Counted from the first letter of the stretch, positions 21,721-33,904 are shown. The stretch: DNA of 64,000 bases from Terriglobia bacterium (GCA_965198225.1 CBDAOY010000003.1:97481-161480); one strand, 5' to 3'. The notes: generated from the letters alone by a model not told the origin. A program made the numbers and translations.

Positions 21721-22220
21721 CTACGGAATCACCGCAGTGATGTTTCGTTTCGGTACCTGCCCGACGGGGATACGGGCGATCTCTTCCCGGGTGGCGATAT
21801 CGACGGCGGAAACGGAGTTCGAGCCGGCGTTGGCGACGTAGACCGTCTTGCTGTCCGGCGTGATCGTGAGCCAGTCGGGATGTTCCCCCACGTGGACGCC
21901 CCCGAGCAGTGTCAGATCGGGCAGGGAATAGCCATACACGTAGCTGTTGACCTTGCTGCAGACCCATAACGTCTTCCCATCGGGAGCGACTCCGATTCCG
22001 TAAAATTCCGCCCGCTGATCGAGCCCGCGACCACGTGTTTGCCGTCGGGTGTGACGTAGGTGTTGTGCACGCCGCCTCGCGTCAAAACGCGACCGGCCTG
22101 TTCCAGGGAGGTCGTGTCGATGACATCCACGGCGCCCGGTCCGGAGATGATCGCGACGTAAACCCGTCGGCCGTCCTTGCTGATGGCAACGTTGTTGGGT
22201 CGGCCGCTCAGGGGGATCAT
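21721..22220 (-). pseudogene. YncE/YVTN beta-propeller remnant (5' part missing, internal deletion with frameshift near 22000)
   Basis: IPLSGRPNNVAISKDGRRVYV...AGSISGRNFT in one frame; GIGVAPDGKTLWV...IPVGQVPKRN in another. Confidence 0.75.
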
Positions 22221-22322
22221 CCCTTCCACCCGGGAGGCAGGCACTGGTCTTCCCGCGACGATCCGGAGTGGCAGATGCTGGCCGACTGGGTGCGCGGTAA
22301 AGCGCCCTCTCCCGAGCAGTAG
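22212..22322 (+). pseudogene. Orphan 3' fragment of a hypothetical gene
   Basis: GDHPFHPGGRHWSSRDDPEWQMLADWVRGKAPSPEQ* with protein-like composition and no start of its own; abuts the YncE remnant. Confidence 0.5.
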
Positions 22323-22338
22323 AATCCTCCCCTTCCCC

Positions 22339-22568
22339 AAAATCAATGGGTCTCGATTGCAGATTGCGATATTGAGCAATCCTCATTGCAGGTTGCTCAT
22401 TGGAAATTGCTTCATTTCGAATCTTCGAAACCAGCTTCGAGAGAGTTTGCAGGCATCAGCGCTCTTGTCGCGTCGAGAGGAAGAGTGTTTACGTTCGATC
22501 AATGACAACTGGAGCAATTTGCAATGTCCAACTTCCAATGCGGATTGGTCCAATGACCAATTTGCGAT
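22339..22568. repeat. ~230-bp imperfect palindromic element, copy 1
   Basis: cattgcaggttgctcattggaaattgcttcatttc is identical at ~54794; the two arms are roughly reverse complements. Confidence 0.75.
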
Positions 22569-22740
22569 AGATCTGGAGCTCCTGCATTTCTCAAAGCCGG
22601 GAATCCCAATCTCCTCCACCACGGATTTTCCCCGGTCTTCTAATCCCTTTCTAAAGAAGCGCCTGCGTGCTCTGGCCGCCATCCTTCCCGATTCGACCTG
22701 AAACGATTGTGGGGCAGGAAACGTAGTCTATACAGTAGAA

Positions 22741-22772
22741 ATGATATTGATATGATATCATTTTAATATCAT
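22741..22772 (+). promoter_or_regulatory. AT-rich palindromic operator candidate upstream of the SPFH-RHH operon
   Basis: ATGATATTGATATGATATCATTTTAATATCAT, three (A)TGATATCA(T)-like boxes immediately before the GGAGG RBS. Confidence 0.55.
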
Positions 22773-22783
22773 GGGAGGATGCC

Positions 22784-23665
22784 ATGCAAGTAAACAACGA
22801 AAAAACAATCCAGGTACAGAGCGGGTGGGTGATGCTGTTCTTCAACATCATCCTCTTGCTTGGCGGGATATTCCTCACGCTATATGCCATCGACGAAGCC
22901 GCCTCCTGGCTCTTCCTGTCGATTCCGGCCATCGTTCTCGGTGGGATTTGCACGGGTGGATTCTTTACCCTGCAGCCCAACGAAGCGCGTGTCTTGATTC
23001 TGTTCGGGCAGTACGTCGGCACCGCCCGTGAGAGCGGGTTTCGCTGGACGAACCCCTTCTACACGAAGGCGAAGATCTCCCTGCGCTCGAGGAATTTCGA
23101 CGGCGAGAAACTGAAGGTCAACGAGGCTGGCGGAAACCCCATCGAGATTTCAGCGGTCGTGGTGTGGCGTGTCGCCGACACAGCGAAGGCGGTCTTCGAC
23201 GTCGACGATTACGAGCACTTCGTGAAGGTCCAGAGTGAATCGGCCTTACGGCACATGGCGAATCAATACCCCTACGATCAAGGTGAGGACGAGGATGAGA
23301 CACAGGTCACCCTGCGAAGCGGGATGGACGAGGTCAACCGAACCCTACTGGATCAGGTGCAGGACCGTCTCAGACGCGCCGGCGTGAAAGTCGAGGAGGC
23401 TAGGCTGAACCACCTCGCATATGCGCCGGAGATCGCCGGTGCGATGCTCCGACGCCGGCAGGCCGAAGCGATCATCGCGGCGCGAAAGAAAATCGTTCAT
23501 GGCGCGGTCAGCATGGTGGACATGGCCCTGCGCGATCTGGCAGAGCAACGTGTAGTGGAACTTGACGAGGAGCGCAAGGCGACGATGGTGAGTAACCTGC
23601 TCGTCGTCCTGTGCGGCGAAACTGAAGCCCACCCGGTGATCAACGCGGGTTCGCTCTACAACTAG
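22784..23665 (+). CDS. SPFH/band-7 domain membrane protein
   Basis: Two N-terminal TMs, [43 protein letters not shown] and VSNLLVVLC motifs. Confidence 0.9.
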   Translation: MQVNNEKTIQVQSGWVMLFFNIILLLGGIFLTLYAIDEAASWLFLSIPAIVLGGICTGGFFTLQPNEARVLILFGQYVGTARESGFRWTNPFYTKAKISLRSRNFDGEKLKVNEAGGNPIEISAVVVWRVADTAKAVFDVDDYEHFVKVQSESALRHMANQYPYDQGEDEDETQVTLRSGMDEVNRTLLDQVQDRLRRAGVKVEEARLNHLAYAPEIAGAMLRRRQAEAIIAARKKIVHGAVSMVDMALRDLAEQRVVELDEERKATMVSNLLVVLCGETEAHPVINAGSLYN

Positions 23666-23677
23666 CAGGACCGAATC

Positions 23678-23863
23678 GTGTCTCGCAAGGCATTTCTCCT
23701 GAGGATCGATGTCAAGCTCTGGGAAGAGCTCATGCGGTGGTCGCATGACGAGTTGCGCAGTGTCAACGGTCAAATCGAGTACCTGTTGAAGCAGGCCGTC
23801 GACAAGAGAAAGGGAGTCCATTCAGCCGACTCCCTCCCGGATCCGAAACCCGACGATTCTTGA
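23678..23863 (+). CDS. Arc-like ribbon-helix-helix DNA-binding protein
   Basis: RKAFLLRID...WSHDELRSVNGQIEYLL; the usual partner gene of this SPFH subfamily. Confidence 0.8.
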   Translation: MSRKAFLLRIDVKLWEELMRWSHDELRSVNGQIEYLLKQAVDKRKGVHSADSLPDPKPDDS

Positions 23864-23915
23864 GATCGGAGATGATTCATCGAGAGATTCTGGAGGGGCG
23901 GATCTCCTGAGGACG

Positions 23916-24099
23916 GTGTAGGTGCGGTCTATGACCGCACGTGATTCCGGCTTGAGGGAGGCCTGGGGGGACCGGACCAGCTGTCTTTCTCCACACACCC
24001 GCGCACGGCGATCGGCACTTGAACGCTCAAACTCACCTCGAGAGGGGGACGGTGGGCCCGACGCTAATGAATGGTTCCGCTCATAGAGCGCACCTGCAC
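23916..24099. repeat. Inverted pair of GTAG-type REP-like palindromes with spacer
   Basis: GTAGGTGCGGTCTATGACCGCAC ... gttccgctcatagagcgcacctgc between convergent genes. Confidence 0.7.
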
Positions 24100-24170
24100 G
24101 CGATCAGATCAGCGATCTGAAACCTCAAACCTGCAATCTCGAATTTCGAATGAGTCCTTCGGGGGCTTTC

Positions 24171-24461
24171 TCAGGATCTACCCGGCGGTTTCTTTTTCGG
24201 GTCAGGGTGGGAGTGGGCCGTGCCCTTCAAGTATTTCTCAGGATCCTTCGTGAAAGCGGCCATGTCAGCTTTCATGCAGAAGTAGTAAGTCTTCCCGTTG
24301 TACTTGGCGGACAGTTCAGGTTTCTTCTCAACCATCATATTGCATACCGGGTCTTTGACCTTTTCGGCCTTTTCCGGCGCCTTTGTTTGTGCCCACGCGG
24401 CGGTGACCGGCGCGCCGGCAAAGACGGCAACAAGCGCCATCGCCAGAACCCATTGTTTCAT
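24171..24461 (-). CDS. Small exported YHS-domain (metal-binding) protein
   Basis: Signal peptide, KDPVCNMMV, YNGKTYYFC and FTKDPEKYL motifs. Confidence 0.82.
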   Translation of the reverse strand: MKQWVLAMALVAVFAGAPVTAAWAQTKAPEKAEKVKDPVCNMMVEKKPELSAKYNGKTYYFCMKADMAAFTKDPEKYLKGTAHSHPDPKKKPPGRS

Positions 24462-24844
24462 GTTACGAAACACCTCCCAGTGATTGTCTAAACCAATAAA
24501 CCGTCGACGGTTACAATGCAAGAAAAAACCATCGGACTTCGAGAACGCCTTCCCGATCATCCCGTGTCGTTCCCCGAGGGTCAGTCGTGATCGACAGACC
24601 GAAAACCGGTTTCAGGTTTGCCAGGATTGTCGGGGAAGAAGCGGCGGCCTGTGCCGTTCTCTCTGTTGTTGGACGCGGCTTGAGCCGGGAAGTTAGAAGT
24701 TAGTTTTACCGTAGTCCGTTGTCAGCAGTCAGTCGTGATCAGCACGACCCTCGACTCCCCTCCTGCTAATGAGGGGAGTCTTTGGCATATGACGCAGTAC
24801 GTCGAGGAGCTTTCCCAACTTCCTACTGACTACTGGCAACTGAC

Positions 24845-26163
24845 CAGTAGTGTCCGACAGATTTAGGACCTCCCGGTCCTAAAGTTAGAACTGACGCGAT
24901 GTAGCGCGCTTGTCAAGGTGTTAACGATTTGATTTCTGTGCGGCCTTCGCGGCAGCCTTTCCAGAGGTTTCTGGGAGGCACCGATGCACGCTGGCAAGCT
25001 GGTCTTCGCACAAGTCATGGAGTTCGCGCCGTGGTATACGTTCCGTCGTCTGGTGACCAAGTACCGCGGCAATTTCAACGTCCGCACATTCAGTTGCCTG
25101 GACCAGTTCCTATGCATGGCCTTCGCTCAGCTGACCTATCGGGAGAGCCTGCGCGACATTCAAGCCTGCTTGCGAGCCCAACCCGCCAAGCTCTACCACC
25201 TGGGGTTGCACGGGAAGGTCAGCCGCAGTGCATTGGCCGATGCCAACGAGTCTCGCGACTGGCGCATCTACGGAGAGTTCGCTCAGGCGCTGATCCGCAT
25301 CGCACGCCGCTTGTATGCCCACGAGCCGCTCGGGATCGACCTGGACGAAACCGTCTACGCGCTCGACTCCACGATGATCAGTCTGTGCTTGTCGCTGTTC
25401 CCTTGGGCGCACTTTCGAAAGACCGAAGCCGCGGTGAAGCTTCATACGCTGCTCGACCTGCGTGGCGGTATCCCCAGCTTCATCCACATCTCCGAAGGCA
25501 GGCTGCACGACGTCAACGTTCTCGACCTGCTCATCGCCGAAGCCGGTGCTTTCTACGTGATGGACCGCGGCTATCTCGACTTCGATCGCCTCTACACCTT
25601 CAATCAAGCCGGGAGCTTCTTCGTCACCCGTGCTCGATCCGACTTCGCGTTCAAGCGCATCTACTCCCAACCCGTCGACCGACACACGGGCCTCATCTGC
25701 GATCAGACTATCGAACTGACCGTATTTCGCTCCCGCCGCGGCTACCCCGAACGGTTGCGTCGCATTCGTTATCGCGATCCCGAGGGTCGGCGACTGGTTT
25801 TCTTGACCAATCACATGACGCTCCCAGCCCGGACCATCTGCGAGTTGTATCGCCTGCGCTGGCAGGTGGAGCTGTTCTTCAAATGGATCAAACAGCACCT
25901 GCGCATCAAGCGTTTCTTCGGCACTTCCGAGAACGCCGTCAAAACTCAGGTCTGGGTCGCCGTGAGCGTTTACGTGCTGGTGGCTATCGTGCGTAAAGAA
26001 CTGAATTTGCCTTTGTCGTTGCACTCAATGTTACAGATCTTGAGTGTCACACCATTTGAGAATGTGCCTCTTTTTCAGCTGCTTACCGAATCCGGGCTCA
26101 TCTCAAATCGACACTCTAACGCTAACCAATTGAATCTATTCTGAAACGTGTCGGACACTACTG
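24845..26163 (+). mobile_element. Complete IS4-family insertion sequence (1319 bp)
   Basis: Terminal inverted repeats CAGTAGTGTCCGACA / TGTCGGACACTACTG; 9-bp target duplication GCAACTGAC at 24836-24844 and 26164-26172. Confidence 0.93.
24984..26144 (+). CDS. IS4-family DDE transposase (DUF4372 + DDE)
   Basis: QLTYRESLRDI, ALDSTMI, MDRGY and YRLRWQVELFFKWIKQ motifs; C-terminal QLNLF clamp-binding-like motif. Confidence 0.95.
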   Translation: MHAGKLVFAQVMEFAPWYTFRRLVTKYRGNFNVRTFSCLDQFLCMAFAQLTYRESLRDIQACLRAQPAKLYHLGLHGKVSRSALADANESRDWRIYGEFAQALIRIARRLYAHEPLGIDLDETVYALDSTMISLCLSLFPWAHFRKTEAAVKLHTLLDLRGGIPSFIHISEGRLHDVNVLDLLIAEAGAFYVMDRGYLDFDRLYTFNQAGSFFVTRARSDFAFKRIYSQPVDRHTGLICDQTIELTVFRSRRGYPERLRRIRYRDPEGRRLVFLTNHMTLPARTICELYRLRWQVELFFKWIKQHLRIKRFFGTSENAVKTQVWVAVSVYVLVAIVRKELNLPLSLHSMLQILSVTPFENVPLFQLLTESGLISNRHSNANQLNLF

Positions 26164-26286
26164 GCAACTGACAACTGATCCCGGGTACAATACCCGGGAT
26201 CGATCGGTGTCCGATCGCGTCTGCGCCTGGGATCAGGAGATTGGTGCTCCTCATCATCAGGCGCTCTCCGTTTCTGGAGGGTTTGT

Positions 26287-27492
26287 TTGGGAGTTTACAA
26301 GTGTCACGCGGTGCTGATGTGGTCTCTGCTCCTGGCCGTCACGTTTGCGGCCGTGCCTCGCTACGTGGAGATGGAGTTCCACGCGGCTGCTGCCGCGGCT
26401 CCCCCCGAGCTCCCCGCCCCGCTCGAGTTCGTCAAGGGGACCTTCGGCCGGAACGAGACGCTCTCGACTACCCTGGCCGCTCACGATGTGTCCCACTTCG
26501 TGGCCTACCAGGTCGCGCAAGCTGTTCGACCCGTCTTCGATGTCCGGAGTTTCAAGCCTGGTCAAGCGTTCCAGATCATCAGAGAGGCCGACGGCAGCCT
26601 GCGTGCGTTTGATTACACGATCGACGATGAGCGGATCCTCAGGGTCGAGCGGAAAGATGACGAGTTCCTCGGTCGCGTGGATGAGCTCGAGTTCGAAGTC
26701 ATTTCCGGGACGGTGTCAGCTACGATTACCAGTTCGTTGTGGGATGCCCTGGATGGGGCTCCTAAACGCGGTTGGCTCGTCATGGAACTGGAGCAGATCT
26801 ACCAGTACGACATCGATTTTTTCAAAGAGATTCGGCCCGGCGATTCAATCAACCTAATCATCGAGGAGAAATACCACCGCGGCAAGTTCGTCAAGTATGG
26901 TCCCGTGCGGGCGGCGGAGTTCGTCAACCAGGGACGCCCCTACCAGGCGTATCTCTTCCGTGACGCGTACTACGACGAGAAGGGCATGGGCGTGGAGCGC
27001 TCGCTGCTGCGTGCACCGCTGCTCTACTCCAGGGTCAGCTCGCGTTTTTCTTATCGGCGTCTGCACCCAATTTACCGGACGGTGCGTCCCCACCTGGGCG
27101 TGGACTACGCTGCCCCGACCGGAACGCCGGTTCAGACCGTGGGCAACGGCACCGTGACTTTCGCGGGCACGAATGGTGGGTTCGGGCGAATGGTGACGGT
27201 GCGACATCCGAACGGCATGACGACGTCCTACGCCCATCTATCCCGGATATCGGTCAGCCGTGGCCAAAAGGTGAAAAGGGGAGACACGGTAGGTCTGGTG
27301 GGCATGACGGGGACGGCAACGGGGCCCCATCTCGATTACCGGATGACCGTCAACGGAAGACCCGTCAATCCCTTGACGGTCAAAGCCGATCCTCCAAAGC
27401 CGATCGCCCCCCGCTACAAGGACGAGTATCTCCGCTTCATCACGGATCTGCATACCGGGCTGCAGGATCTCGCGATCCAGGTCGGTAACTAG
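26287..27492 (+). CDS. M23-family peptidoglycan DD-endopeptidase (MepM-like)
   Basis: HLGVDY (HxxxD), YAHLS and TGPHLDY motifs. Confidence 0.9.
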   Translation: MGVYKCHAVLMWSLLLAVTFAAVPRYVEMEFHAAAAAAPPELPAPLEFVKGTFGRNETLSTTLAAHDVSHFVAYQVAQAVRPVFDVRSFKPGQAFQIIREADGSLRAFDYTIDDERILRVERKDDEFLGRVDELEFEVISGTVSATITSSLWDALDGAPKRGWLVMELEQIYQYDIDFFKEIRPGDSINLIIEEKYHRGKFVKYGPVRAAEFVNQGRPYQAYLFRDAYYDEKGMGVERSLLRAPLLYSRVSSRFSYRRLHPIYRTVRPHLGVDYAAPTGTPVQTVGNGTVTFAGTNGGFGRMVTVRHPNGMTTSYAHLSRISVSRGQKVKRGDTVGLVGMTGTATGPHLDYRMTVNGRPVNPLTVKADPPKPIAPRYKDEYLRFITDLHTGLQDLAIQVGN

Positions 27493-27651
27493 GCCACGGA
27501 TTACACGGACAGCAAGAAGCAGGCCACGGATTACACGGACAGGAAAGAAACCGTCGTCTGCTCTCCGAAAGACATTGTCCTAATCCGATAAATCCGTGCA
27601 ATCCGTGGCTGAAACTATCCGCGTAATCCTGGTGAATCGGCGTAATCGGTG
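27492..27651. repeat. Direct and inverted short-repeat cluster between convergent genes
   Basis: aggccacggattacacggacag twice, then inverted atccgtgcaatccgtggc and degenerate copies. Confidence 0.65.
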
Positions 27652-27652
27652 T

Positions 27653-28663
27653 CTACGGTAGCTCGTCGTTCAGTTCCTGAAAGACTTTCCTTATTGCTGT
27701 GGGTCCCTGGCTTGATGACAGCCTCCATCCGGCCAGGTCTCCCCAATCTGCCTGTTCGTCCCCTTCTTCCGGACTCAGGCCCGCCTCGTGGAGCCGCGTT
27801 GCTTCCGCGATGACCGCTTCGAGGGCACGACGGTATTCGGCCAGTTCCTCACGGGAGACTTCCGGTTCCTCGACGAAACCGTGCCCCGGAATGTAGGTCT
27901 CCACATCCATGTTCTGTGCCTTGTCGATGACTTCGACCCACTCGGAAGGGTAGGCGGAGCGCATCGCCGGGAAGACCCGATTCAGGAATGCCTCGCTCAT
28001 GAACAGGATCCTTTCCGCCGGCAGGTACACGTGGAGATCTCCGCCGGTGTGCGCCCGGCCCAGGAACAGGATCTGGATCTCCTTGCCTCCCATCGTGATC
28101 GTCCTCTGGTCGTCGACGGTCTCGGTCGGGACGACGATCGGCGGGGGCTCGGCACCGCCCCGTCCGCGTCGGTTGGGGTTGTTCGCCGAACGTTCCAGGG
28201 TGGCCTTCGATGTCGATGAAGAGATGAAGGTCGCCTCGGACGGGAATTCGCTGTTGCCACTGGTGTGGTCGCCGTGATCGGAGCAGATCACGACGTGGGT
28301 GATCGGTTGTTCGGTGATCTGCCCGATCTCATCGATCATGCGTCTGGTTTCTTCCGCGTTTCCCTGGCCATCTGCGACCAGTACCCCTTCGTCGGTTACC
28401 ACGAACATGCTGACCGTCGTGAACGGTTCATCGCCGCCCACACCGCGAAGCTGCTCGTAGGAATAGACGCCCGCCGCCAGTTCCTTGACGCGGGGGAAGT
28501 CGGCCGCGCCGAGACCCCGGGCTGCCGGGTCGGCCGTCCGCACGAGGGGCGGTGGCGCGGCCTCGGCGGGCGCTTCCTCTTCCGGCTCTTCGGCGGGAGC
28601 GCATGCGGCCAGTACTAGCATAGTAAACAGAACAAAAATCGGTCCTCGGGTCTTGCTCGTCAT
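27653..28663 (-). CDS. MBL-fold metallo-hydrolase lipoprotein (cyclase-like)
   Basis: Lipobox LAAC, variant SDHGDHTSGN motif, GRAHTGGD and IPGHG. Confidence 0.8.
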   Translation of the reverse strand: MTSKTRGPIFVLFTMLVLAACAPAEEPEEEAPAEAAPPPLVRTADPAARGLGAADFPRVKELAAGVYSYEQLRGVGGDEPFTTVSMFVVTDEGVLVADGQGNAEETRRMIDEIGQITEQPITHVVICSDHGDHTSGNSEFPSEATFISSSTSKATLERSANNPNRRGRGGAEPPPIVVPTETVDDQRTITMGGKEIQILFLGRAHTGGDLHVYLPAERILFMSEAFLNRVFPAMRSAYPSEWVEVIDKAQNMDVETYIPGHGFVEEPEVSREELAEYRRALEAVIAEATRLHEAGLSPEEGDEQADWGDLAGWRLSSSQGPTAIRKVFQELNDELP

Positions 28664-28901
28664 CTAGTCCTCCCGTGTGTGGGCAGCTATTTGAGCACAG
28701 GGAGCAATCCGACTCAAGCCAGCTTTTTTTGATGGGTGACCTAGACAAGTATGGCCTTGTCGGCGGGGCGGGGGAGGCCAACGTGAAGACAGCGTACCTA
28801 ACATGAATAAGCATAATTCCTAGGTTTACGCCCTATTGATTTCGATCGTGGTCTGGTGATTAAATCTGGCTGCTTCATCTTCTTCAAAAACTACAGAAAC
28901 T

Positions 28902-29360
28902 ATGATCTCGCCCGTACCCGGAGAACCCACGCCCGACATTGTGCTCGTCGACGACGATCCCGACGTCCTCCGAGCCACTCGCCAGGCTCTGTCGCTGGCC
29001 GGGTTTCCCGTCTCAGAGACCACCGATCCCAGAAAGGCCATCGAGATCCTCTCGGAGACTACCGAGCGGCTCTGTCTCCTGGTCACCGACGTTTCGATGC
29101 CCAATCTGAGCGGACCGGAGTTGGCTCGCCAGGCTTATCGCAAGTGTCCGAACCTGCGGGTTCTCTTCATTTCAGGCGGGTTCGACAGCGAAGTGAAGTT
29201 TCGGTGGAGCGACCCGCAGCTGCAGAAGCCCTTTACGCCGGATCAGCTGGTGCGCGAGGTCAAGCGTGTGATCGCGGGCGAGCAGTCCGATCGTTGGATG
29301 AGGGCGACGGAGGAACTTGACTGGGCGGGTCCGGAGCGTCGCTCAAAATCCCTCGTCTGA
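28902..29360 (+). CDS. Single-domain response regulator (receiver)
   Basis: LVDDD, TDVSMP, FISG and QKPF motifs; C-terminal WAGPERR extension. Confidence 0.85.
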   Translation: MISPVPGEPTPDIVLVDDDPDVLRATRQALSLAGFPVSETTDPRKAIEILSETTERLCLLVTDVSMPNLSGPELARQAYRKCPNLRVLFISGGFDSEVKFRWSDPQLQKPFTPDQLVREVKRVIAGEQSDRWMRATEELDWAGPERRSKSLV

Positions 29361-29514
29361 TTCCAGGACGTCTTTCCACAGCCGCCTCAGGAAGCGCCAG
29401 GCCGTCGGGTCGCTTTCTCGAGTTCAAAAGCCAGATGTTCCAGGCGACCTCTCCAGCTTCGAAACGAGACATGATTTAGTCTCGCGTTCCCCGGCACCTG
29501 TTACAGGCCACTAG

Positions 29515-30835
29515 CAGGCTGCTGAAAAACTTCGTTCGTTAAGAGAACGAGGGCTTCGATTGGGAATCTCAGAGCAATGAACGCCGAGGTGAATGACGAA
29601 AGTGAGAAATCGGTCATCCGATGGAGACGGATTGAGGGGCCAGGCGATCCAGAGTGGCCTGTGTTGATCCATTCAGCAGGTCTCCATTGTGAGATTCCGT
29701 ATGCGAACCATGTTGTAGGCGGCCGCGGCGAAAGTGAACATCCAGCCCACTCGATCCGCCCCGCGATGGCGCGTCTTGCGCATCGTGCCAACGGTCTTCA
29801 TCCAGCCAAAGATTTCTTCGACGCGCTTGCGCTTCCGTTGACTGACCCGGTAGCTGTCGTGTCGCACGGTGCGCCGGTCGATCGCAGTGAACTGTCGTTT
29901 CTGAGCGACATGAGGTGTCACCTTCAACGCGCGTGCCTGAGAGACAAACGACCGGGTGTCGTAGCCCTTGTCCGCACCCAGAGTTGCGCGTCCCGCTCCC
30001 GATACGCCGGCAACCATCCTCAAAGCGGCTTCGCGTTCCGCTGTCCCGGTCGCGGCGGTGACTTCGGCATCGACCACCAGTCCGTGCCGGTTGTCCATGA
30101 GCACATGTCCCATGTAATTGAGTTTCGCTTCAGTCCCAAGCGACTTGCGAAACATCCGGGCACCCGGGTCCGTCGTCGATTGATGCGTCTGATTCGTCCG
30201 CTGTTCCCCGTGAAAATGGACATCGGGGTTCCGCGGCCCACGCCGGTTCTTTCGCCGCACCTTCCCTTTCTTTCGGAAGCTCTTCTGTCCGGCCCACGCT
30301 TCAATCAGCGTTCCGTCCACGCTGAAATGTTCATCCGAAAGCAGACGGCTCGCGCGTGCCTTCTCCACCACAGCCCGGAAGAACAACTCGGCGACTTCTC
30401 CGGCCAACAATCGGTCACGGTTCTTGGTAAACACCGTCGGTACCCATACCTCGTCGTCCAGGCTCAGGCCAACGAACCAGCGAAACAGCAGGTTATAGTT
30501 CAGCTGCTCCATCAACATCCGTTCACTGCGGACCGTATACAGCACCTGCAACAGCAACGCGCGCAGCAACTGCTCGGGCGGAATCGACGGTCGCCCGACA
30601 CCGGAGTACATCGAATCGAATACGCCCGAAAGCTCCTCCAGAACCTCATCGACCATTTCCTTCATCGGTCTCAACGGGTGGTCTTCCGGTACCCGGCGTT
30701 CTGGCGATATGTAACTAAACATCGACTCCTGATGGCTCTCCACTCCTCGCATTCGGTGCCTCCTGGGCTCGTTTCGCCCAGATTCCCCCGAATCGATGTC
30801 AGCGTTGGTCCATCTCGGAGTTTTTCAGCAGCCTG
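29515..30835 (-). mobile_element. Complete IS5-family insertion sequence (1321 bp)
   Basis: CTAG|CAGGCTGCTGAAAAACT ... AGTTTTTCAGCAGCCTG|CTAG. Confidence 0.93.
29673..30752 (-). CDS. IS5-family transposase (DUF772 + DDE)
   Basis: GRPSIPPEQLLRA, FSVDGTLIEAWA, GADKGYD and RKRVEEIFGWMK motifs. Confidence 0.95.
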   Translation of the reverse strand: MRGVESHQESMFSYISPERRVPEDHPLRPMKEMVDEVLEELSGVFDSMYSGVGRPSIPPEQLLRALLLQVLYTVRSERMLMEQLNYNLLFRWFVGLSLDDEVWVPTVFTKNRDRLLAGEVAELFFRAVVEKARASRLLSDEHFSVDGTLIEAWAGQKSFRKKGKVRRKNRRGPRNPDVHFHGEQRTNQTHQSTTDPGARMFRKSLGTEAKLNYMGHVLMDNRHGLVVDAEVTAATGTAEREAALRMVAGVSGAGRATLGADKGYDTRSFVSQARALKVTPHVAQKRQFTAIDRRTVRHDSYRVSQRKRKRVEEIFGWMKTVGTMRKTRHRGADRVGWMFTFAAAAYNMVRIRNLTMETC

Positions 30836-30869
30836 CTAGTGCTACCATTTTCGACAAGGAGGGAATCAC

Positions 30870-31361
30870 ATGTCGGAGGACGACGGCTGGAAACCGGAGG
30901 TAGGAGCAGAACTGGATCGAATCATAGCGGTTTCCCGACACCTGCTGGAAGTGGATGAAGAAACGGCATCCGGCAAGCCGGCCCCCGGCAAGTGGTCACC
31001 AAAGGAAATCATTGGGCACCTGATCGACTCTGCCGCGAACAACCACCATCGTTTCGTCCGGCTCCAACACGAACAACAGTTGGAGTTTCCAGGCTACGAA
31101 CAGGACGAATGGGTTCGGATTCAGCACTACAAGGATCGTGACTGGAAGGAACTGGTCATACTATGGGCGACATACAACCGGCACCTGCTCCATGTCATCC
31201 GCCATGTCGATCCGGCCTGCCTCGAGAGAACCTGGACCGTGGGGGAGGGAACCGACGAATCGCCCACCCTGCGGTTTTTGATGGAGGACTACTTCGATCA
31301 CATGCGCCATCACCTTTCCCAGATCAAAGCGTTGATCCCCGATGCCAGTTTCGATAGCTGA
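30870..31361 (+). CDS. DinB/YfiT-family protein
   Basis: GKWSPKEIIGHLIDS, YEQDEW and HMRHH metal-ligand pattern. Confidence 0.85.
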   Translation: MSEDDGWKPEVGAELDRIIAVSRHLLEVDEETASGKPAPGKWSPKEIIGHLIDSAANNHHRFVRLQHEQQLEFPGYEQDEWVRIQHYKDRDWKELVILWATYNRHLLHVIRHVDPACLERTWTVGEGTDESPTLRFLMEDYFDHMRHHLSQIKALIPDASFDS

Positions 31362-31393
31362 GACGGAGAGGCCCGATGGACGGGGAATGGAAT

Positions 31394-31529
31394 AACCACG
31401 GAGGCGCCGAGGCACGGAGAAGGATCTTTTATCAAGGGCAGTGTGTCCGTACCGACGAGAAGCTTTCACTCGCCTCACGCGTTCCTTCAGAGAACCAGAA
31501 ACTCCGCGCCTCTGAGCCTCCGTGGTTTC
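31394..31529. repeat. Inverted repeat pair between convergent genes
   Basis: aaccacggaggcgccgaggcacggag ... ctccgcgcctctgagcctccgtggtt. Confidence 0.6.
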
Positions 31530-31553
31530 TCAGTCCTTCGGTTTGAGAAGCGG

Positions 31554-31873
31554 TCAGGTTTCGAGGAGGGTCAGCAGGCGTTGCATTCTGTCGGGATCGC
31601 GCTCCAGGTCATGGAGCACTATGTTCCTGACGCTGTGCCAATCCCCACCGTCGTCGATGACATCCATGAATTCCGCGGCGTCGGCAGGCGAAGCGAACGT
31701 GTAGGCTTCAAAACGCATTCCCTCGATTCTCGCGACGCCGAACGTGCATCGAAAGTACCGATTGCGAAACTCGGCCCGCTCACGGGAAAGCATTGTGCCG
31801 TAGTCGTCCATGAAAATCTCTTCGACCGGCTCACTTCCTTCCTTCCCGATCCGGCGGAGTAGGTCATCCCACT

Positions 31874-31877
<4 letters not shown>
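31554..31877 (-). CDS. Hypothetical protein (107 aa)
   Basis: ATGA overlap with the upstream DUF255 gene; host-like codon usage. Confidence 0.6.

Positions 31878-33904
<2,027 letters not shown>

Noticed and set aside
27492-27651. CRISPR array
   Set aside because: Only two short direct repeats with a ~10-nt gap plus inverted copies; no regular spacers and no cas genes.
29577-30839. 420-aa plus-strand ORF spanning the IS5, and similar long antisense ORFs (6962-8260, 47809-49005, 57252-58598)
   Set aside because: Shadow ORFs opposite well-supported genes in GC-rich DNA, with no recognisable motifs.
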